This document shows positions 59,201 to 64,000 of a stretch of 64,000 bases of DNA, in pieces; the stretch's first letter is position 1; each line of letters opens with the position of its first letter. The DNA lies in assembly GCF_001447785.1 (NCBI RefSeq), contig NW_015165235.1, forward strand, positions 1,800,717-1,864,716, given 5' to 3'. The position numbers and the translations under genes were made by a program. The notes under the pieces were generated by a model. It saw only the letters and a program-made list of their open reading frames with translations, was not told where the DNA came from and did no database searches. Source of the stretch: Gekko japonicus. Its lineage: Eukaryota.

Positions 59201-60494
59201 ATAAGAATAAACAAGGCTTTATTATAACAAAAAATGGTTCAAGAGAGTATACAGCATATATTACCTGTTTGCTCCACGTACTATCCTATACTCCCTGCCT
59301 TGCTTTTATGCTTACATAATACAATTTTTGCTTCATTTCAGATTGCTCTAATTCTATTGCTATTACACTGCTTATCAGATGTCTCATGTCTAGAGTCTCA
59401 GTGGAAAAGGTGAGCTATGAATAACACAAATAAATAAATCATCTCAACAACTCCGTGAAGTAGGTTAGGCCAAGAGAGCACAATTGACTAAACATCACAT
59501 CGCAAGCTTCTTGTTAATTTGAATCTGGATTTCCCCATCTAGTCAGAAATTCTAACCACAACCTGGCATGGGGGGGGGAGAGAGTTTTTGCAAGCACTCT
59601 GCCTAGAAACCCCCGCCCCAGAGGCCCGTTTCCCGGGACCGCCGGATCGGGCCCCGGGGGGAACTCCTCCCCGACGTGCGCATCACCCGGAAGTGACGCG
59701 GGCACGCTGGGGGCGGGGCCCTGGCCATACAAGGGAAAACTCTATGGTTTTCCCTTGTGTGGTCGTGCCCCCCCCCTGCGTGCCCGGCGCCATAACGTCA
59801 CTTCTCCTGCTGATGTATGTGCGGCACGCGCGCACTCCAGGATCCACCCAGGAGTCCCCCGCCACCAAGGTAAGTTCCACTTGGCAACCCTACCTCTGCC
59901 CCTTGGAGTAGGCTTACTGCACTACAAATTTCAGGCAGCTTGAAGACAATCTGACTACTGGGGTTCCCAGTCAAGGACCCCTGGTAGATGTAAGGTCCAT
60001 AATTAAAGTACTTCCTTTAGCATTCTCAGAATTTTGCCGAGGAAAGCCTGGAAATCAAACAACTTTTCAGCCACTTTACACACAAGATGAACATTTTCTT
60101 TACACACAAGACAAACATTCTGCAGCACTGCCTCAACTTCAGTGGATTTCATTTGTAGCAGTGCTTGGCCAGTGGTCCAGTTTTCCACAAAGCAGACGCA
60201 AAGCCAACATCCAAGAGGACCCAGTCACTAATCACACACAATATGTTGCAGTTTCAAAAGGAAGGATTTTTTTCATATTCCCAAAGAAGAATTATGAATT
60301 TAATTTGTTAGACACACCCCTTACACATTTCCATTGTTTTACTAGGAAAGAAGAGAAATACCAAGTAAAAAAAGGACTCAACTTACATTTTGGAGATTTT
60401 TTTGGCTTTTTGCTTTCTTCATTTCCCTCTTCTGGAGCTCCCTCTTCAGTTTCAGTACCATGTGGCTTCTTTCTTTGTCTCAACTCTACAGTAC
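31721..60494 (-). CDS. DPY19L4: DPY19L4 gene span, coding exons 2-19 (probable C-mannosyltransferase DPY19L4); exon 1 not found in window
   Basis: 18 GT-AG exons with matching phases translate to DPY19L4 as I recall it: [70 protein letters not shown]-terminus [12 protein letters not shown]. Confidence 0.97.
32812..33092. repeat. Tandem duplication of about 140 bp including the 3' end and donor of DPY19L4 exon 18
   Basis: 32812-32948 vs 32950-33092; about 5 substitutions and a 6-bp indel. Confidence 0.95.
33045..33203 (-). CDS. DPY19L4: DPY19L4 exon 18 (159 nt)
   Basis: [53 protein letters not shown]. Confidence 0.95.
33335..33540 (-). mobile_element. tRNA-headed SINE with CR1-like tail
   Basis: Reverse-complement head CTCAGTGGTAGAGCATCTGCTTGGCAT...GGTTCAATCCCCGGCATCTCCA; similar copies near 47010-47390 and 54440-54595. 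Confidence 0.65.
33919..34145. repeat. Intronic tandem duplication of about 115 bp
   Basis: gatcttaaagactaacaaatgcatta...gagatgttgta occurs twice. Confidence 0.9.
34708..34840 (-). CDS. DPY19L4: DPY19L4 exon 17 (133 nt)
   Basis: [44 protein letters not shown]. Confidence 0.96.
34950..35359. mobile_element. Non-autonomous hAT element
   Basis: TIR CAGGGGTCATTTC; perfect 8-bp TSD AAAACCAT. Confidence 0.88.
36242..36324 (-). CDS. DPY19L4: DPY19L4 exon 16 (83 nt)
   Basis: [28 protein letters not shown]. Confidence 0.94.
38160..38216 (-). CDS. DPY19L4: DPY19L4 exon 15 (57 nt)
   Basis: [19 protein letters not shown]. Confidence 0.94.
39376..39496 (-). CDS. DPY19L4: DPY19L4 exon 14 (121 nt)
   Basis: [40 protein letters not shown]. 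Confidence 0.95.
40509..40628 (-). CDS. DPY19L4: DPY19L4 exon 13 (120 nt)
   Basis: [40 protein letters not shown]. Confidence 0.93.
41237..41279. repeat. (TG)n microsatellite
   Basis: Direct reading. Confidence 0.95.
41370..42590 (+). mobile_element. L2-clade LINE remnant (RT C-terminal part and 3' end)
   Basis: [31 protein letters not shown] (YADD-like), downstream RLDY and HITPIL..LHWLP motifs. Related 3' fragments at about 55090-55855 and 59120-59440. Confidence 0.88.
42731..42889 (-). CDS. DPY19L4: DPY19L4 exon 12 (159 nt)
   Basis: [52 protein letters not shown]. Confidence 0.95.
44202..44275 (-). CDS. DPY19L4: DPY19L4 exon 11 (74 nt)
   Basis: [25 protein letters not shown]. Confidence 0.93.
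45480..45578 (-). CDS. DPY19L4: DPY19L4 exon 10 (99 nt)
   Basis: [33 protein letters not shown]. Confidence 0.93.
45979..46110 (-). CDS. DPY19L4: DPY19L4 exon 9 (132 nt)
   Basis: [44 protein letters not shown]. Confidence 0.95.
47587..48827. mobile_element. hAT (Charlie-like) non-autonomous element; shorter relative at 50781-51060
   Basis: Ends CAGGGGT / ACCCCTG; TSD ATTTAGAA/CTTTAGAA. Confidence 0.75.
48909..49043 (-). CDS. DPY19L4: DPY19L4 exon 8 (135 nt)
   Basis: [45 protein letters not shown]. Confidence 0.95.
49873..49996 (-). CDS. DPY19L4: DPY19L4 exon 7 (124 nt)
   Basis: [41 protein letters not shown]. Confidence 0.95.
50533..50678 (-). CDS. DPY19L4: DPY19L4 exon 6 (146 nt)
   Basis: [49 protein letters not shown]. 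Confidence 0.96.
51270..52042. repeat. Intronic tandem duplication of about 375 bp
   Basis: gagtgagctcggatgaagacg...gccattctgc occurs twice, with indels. Confidence 0.9.
52237..52358 (-). CDS. DPY19L4: DPY19L4 exon 5 (122 nt)
   Basis: [41 protein letters not shown]. Confidence 0.95.
52600..53262 (+). mobile_element. Old CR1 3' fragment
   Basis: Degenerate [14 protein letters not shown]...ERLKELG and CR1 3' UTR (CTAGATGACC...CTGAGATT). Confidence 0.8.
52676..52881. mobile_element. hAT MITE nested in the CR1 fragment
   Basis: TIR CA(A/G)TG(C/T)TCCCTCTAAG; TSD GTTTGGAG/GTTTAGAG. Confidence 0.8.
54778..54868 (-). CDS. DPY19L4: DPY19L4 exon 4 (91 nt)
   Basis: [30 protein letters not shown]. 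Confidence 0.95.
56931..57055 (-). CDS. DPY19L4: DPY19L4 exon 3 (125 nt)
   Basis: [42 protein letters not shown]; CAG/GTAAG. Confidence 0.95.
57671..58017 (+). mobile_element. Full-length Sauria SINE
   Basis: tRNA-like head (TGGCTCAAGTGG box A), GCAAGTAGATAAATAGGTACC core, (ACCTTT)n tail, 14-bp TSD TAATCTTCACCCAG. Confidence 0.92.
58625..58840 (-). mobile_element. 5S rRNA-derived SINE (other copies at about 46250-46432 and 8880-9020)
   Basis: Reverse complement contains GATCTCGGAAGCTAAGCAGGGTCG..AGTACT..ATGGGAGACC..GGAATACC followed by a non-5S body. Confidence 0.8.
60387..60494 (-). CDS. DPY19L4: DPY19L4 exon 2 (108 nt, phase 1-1)
   Basis: [13 protein letters not shown]...SPK; AAG| acceptor, |GTAAG donor. 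Confidence 0.88.
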
Positions 60495-62346
60495 CTTACA
60501 ACACATCAAAAAGTTATTTAATTTCTCTTACTCTTTTTAAAAGATATTTATTCAGAAGTTATTTCTCAAAAATTTCACACAGTTAATAGATTATTAATTT
60601 AAAATATGTCTAGTATTTATCATGAAAGAAAGATTTATTGCACATAAAACCCCATTTAATACGTCACTCATCTGATTGCACGTGCATGCCACACAGGTGT
60701 ATTATGTATTAACATCATGCTGGACTGCGGAGAGCATCAGTCCCATTAAAAGGCAGAAACCAGTGTAATTCTGAGAATCGTTGAAGTGGGTTACATCCAA
60801 AGACTTCCTTCCAGTACTAGACTCCTATGACAAATTGTAGAAGGGAATCACTGCATCCAACCCAACATTTGCTAAGATTCCACTGCAATGACCCAGCAAC
60901 CCCTGGATGCACCCAGATTGGTCAGTTCTGATACAGAATTCCATGCTTGTAGCACCTGCCTTGTTCTTATTGCACTTTGGAGGGCACTGCACATATACAA
61001 CAAGGGTTTTGCATTGCAAACACAGGCCCTTACACAAAGTGAACAGAGGACTGAAAGGGTATAGCAGACTACAGAAGTTACATGATGGAATGGCCATAAG
61101 CTAGAAAACAGCTAAAGCAACAAAACTCACAAAATATATACAAATAAGGACAATACTGGGTTAAGATGCAAACAAAGGACTCCCAACTCCATCTTGAGAG
61201 GAATACAAGGAAGGGGGGATTGGGGGGCACGTTCTTAACCCTTGTCCACCTGCTGATTCTATCCAGCTATCCCCCTTGGCCAGTTTTAACACAGCTTTCC
61301 CTTTCAGTCAGGCTTTAATACAAGAAATAAGTCTGCCAAAGAGAAAAAACAACTTGGGGGAGAAAGACAAATGTAAAAAGGCAGAACAGCCCTGCCTCCC
61401 TTCACTGACTCCTTCCTCCCCACATTTAGGTTATTTCAGCAAAACCAGGCTTGGAAATAGGCCTTTTGTCAAGGTGACATGCCCTAACGCAAAGTAAAGC
61501 ACAAAACAATTTGAAAAGGCACCATATCCTTTTATTAAACTACTACAGAACATAAATGAATACAATTGTTTTTATATAGTGTAGCCATAGCATTATTTCT
61601 TAAATGTTGATTGGTGGCTGAATTTGAATTACTCTGAATATGTTAAACAACATCTTAAAAGATCGCGCAAATCAAGCTTTTCACAACACATTGTTCCCCA
61701 TAGATGACAAAAATTCTTAAATTAAAAAAAAAATCAAGTTCTTTATCAAAGATAGAACAGCCAGTTAAACCACATTCATGTTTGTTTTGCAGACCATCCC
61801 ATTGTTACCAAAAATACAAGCATGCAGCTTCCGTTTCATTTAATGCCATTTTAAAACACGAAATACGTGTTTCTTCCTGGTGGCTTTCAGCTAGGTGACA
61901 TAAAAATCAAACAAGAGAAGTCTTATAAACAGGTGTAAGATTTTTCATTCTGCCTCTTGATTGCTAGCTTTTCCCTAGACTCAATAAGAGGGAAGAAAGT
62001 AAAAGCTAAATGTCCGAAGGCAGCATACTTCTAAATACCAGATACTGAGGACAATCAAGGTGGGCTGCTGCCCTTCATGCCGTGAGGTTTCCAGAGCCAA
62101 CCACTGCATGAAGCAGGATGCTGGACTAGATGGACCGCTGGCCTGATGCAGCAGGGCTCTTCTTATGTTCTTATCTGACAGGCCAGTAGTGAAAAGAGAA
62201 CGTGGGACTTTCTGGATTTTGTCTGATCCAGCATGACTCTTCTTATGGAACAGTTTTATCAGCACTTGGAAGTCCCAGGAACCCAAATCCTCCACTTTTG
62301 TGATGAAAGACAAAAATCTCATTCACCCAGAGCCATCAAAAAGAAG

Positions 62347-62575
62347 AGTTGGTTTTTATATCCCGCCCTTCACTACCTGAAGGAGTCTCAGAGCAGCTTA
62401 CAATCACCTTCCCTTCCTCTCCCCATAACAGACACCTTGTGAGGTAGGTGGGGCTGAGAGAGCTCTGAGAGAGCTGTGACTGACCCAAAGACACCCAGCT
62501 GGCTTCATGTGGAGGACAGGGGAATCAAACTCAGTTCTCCAGATTAGAGTCTGCCGCTCTTAACCACTATACCAA
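62347..62575 (-). mobile_element. tRNA-derived squamate SINE (related copies at about 24670-24915, 25850-26045, 35550-35780, 43548-43750, 58080-58275)
   Basis: Reverse-complement head GGTATAGTGGTTAAGAG...GTTTGATTCCC; body CAGCCCCACCTACCTCACAAGGTGTCTGTT. Confidence 0.75.
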
Positions 62576-64000
62576 CCCACAGTTTGCTAATATTTTCCTA
62601 CAAAGCAAAAATGAAGCAGCAATTTCTTATCTAACATTGCATCTAAGCAATGTATATTTATTTATATTTATACGGACCGCGCTCCAAGGACGGGCCCCCC
62701 AAAGAAAGCCACCACAACAAATGAAAGACCTACTCCTGACACTAGAATGGAAGCACCGATCCGAAGACCGCCTGGAAGGGAGGAGCTGAGCCAAGCAAGA
62801 GAACAGCAAGCCCTGCCAACCTCGATGCCGGTAGGCAGCCCCGTCCCTGTACTATGTGGCCTTAGATAGGGTAGTAGCATTTGAAATGTATATGTGAACC
62901 GCCCAGAGACCTTTTGGGGTCAGGGCGGTATATAAGCCGAATGTATAAATAAATAAATATATTATCTAACATTGCATCTAAGCATTGGAAGGTGAACCCA
63001 CAAAACGTTTAGCTGTTTTGACAAGGAAAACTTTCCTCAGAAACAGAATATTAAACCTAGTGTAAATCTTTTATAAAATCCTGGTTGCTGCACTACATTT
63101 TACAAGTTTCAGTTTTTATATAACTCATTATATAGTATGACATTCTTTATCTTTTGAGGAATTTTCACATCGGACCTGTAGCCTGTCATTATTTGGCTAT
63201 CATGACACATGCCTCAGGAACCTCCATGCTGGATTATTATAATGTGCTCTACATGCAGATATCTCTGAAGACAAACATCAACTGTTGCCCACTTATTAAT
63301 AGAGAGAGTTGATGGGAACACAGGAACCTGTGTCTGTGTAATGAGACCTTCAGCAGCTCCCATTTTGTTTCCAAGCACAATTCAACTCAAATTGTTGGCT
63401 TTCACATTTAGCTTTAAATCCCAGATGCCGCCTTTATCAAAGGCTAGAAGGATGACCCTAGAAAGGAGCATGGCCTTTCCTGTAATAGCACCAAGATGGC
63501 AGAACTTGTTTTGCAAGATGCTAGTCAGGCCAACTTGGCTTGGAGAATTGGAGAAGGCCCTTTGTTAAAGCAGGTTTTGGGATAGAAGGCTTTGCTGATC
63601 AAAGAACTGACAAAGCTCTGTACAGTCCTTGGAAAGTACCAGATAGGATTTAAAAAATATATCTTGCTCTGCTGTCTACTCAAGACTTTACTACTGCTTG
63701 ATACACTGTTTATTATGCAGTTTATACCAACATTGCTTTTATCTTGCACCGTTGTTTGCAGACTGTTAGCCACTCTGAGGCGCCACATAACGATCCCAAC
63801 AAGGTATACCTTTCAAGCGAATTAATAAAGGGTAGAAACATGGTGAAAAATATGAAATACCCAGCCGCAAAGCCAACTTCGATTCAGTGTGAAGCACGCA
63901 GGGGGGAGTATGAAACCCTTTCGTGGAACTTTTACACGAAATAATGTTATTCATGAGGGTTCTGCGTGTGCAATTGTCAGCCAGACTTCACATTCTCCCC

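Noticed and set aside
220-60494. Functional coupling of a mannosyltransferase gene and a cadherin
   Set aside because: DPY19 enzymes C-mannosylate WxxW motifs, which I did not see in these exons. Cadherin EC O-mannosylation is done by TMTC1-4. Adjacency alone is no evidence in vertebrates.
60500-64000. Search for DPY19L4 exon 1
   Set aside because: No CpG island or convincing ATG exon with a phase-1 donor; it probably lies beyond the window.

Overview
Vertebrate genomic DNA from a squamate reptile: a Sauria SINE and a BovB tail support squamate, and the hAT/MITE set looks gecko-like (inference). The draft assembly has four N-gaps. Two intron-containing genes lie head-to-tail on the minus strand. 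(1) DPY19L4 (DPY19 C-mannosyltransferase family): coding exons 2-19 map from 60494 down to the stop at 31721 with consistent GT-AG phases; exon 1 was not found and is presumably beyond the window. (2) The 5' part of a large cadherin with many EC repeats and a furin site after two N-terminal repeats, best matching the neural-cadherin-like / type III (DN-cadherin / Hz-cadherin-like) class. It starts in a CpG island at about 27.2 kb and runs off the left edge. Three cadherin exons and part of one DPY19L4 exon occur as tandem duplicates; some look like assembly or haplotype artefacts, others may be real. Introns carry CR1, L2, BovB, Sauria SINE, 5S-derived SINEs, hAT and Harbinger MITEs, and Penelope-type palindromes with degenerate hammerhead cores. 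I found no prokaryotic-type system and no clearly new biological system. Best leads are the non-mammalian cadherin lacking a visible signal peptide, the duplicated exons, and a possible newborn in-frame DPY19L4 exon.
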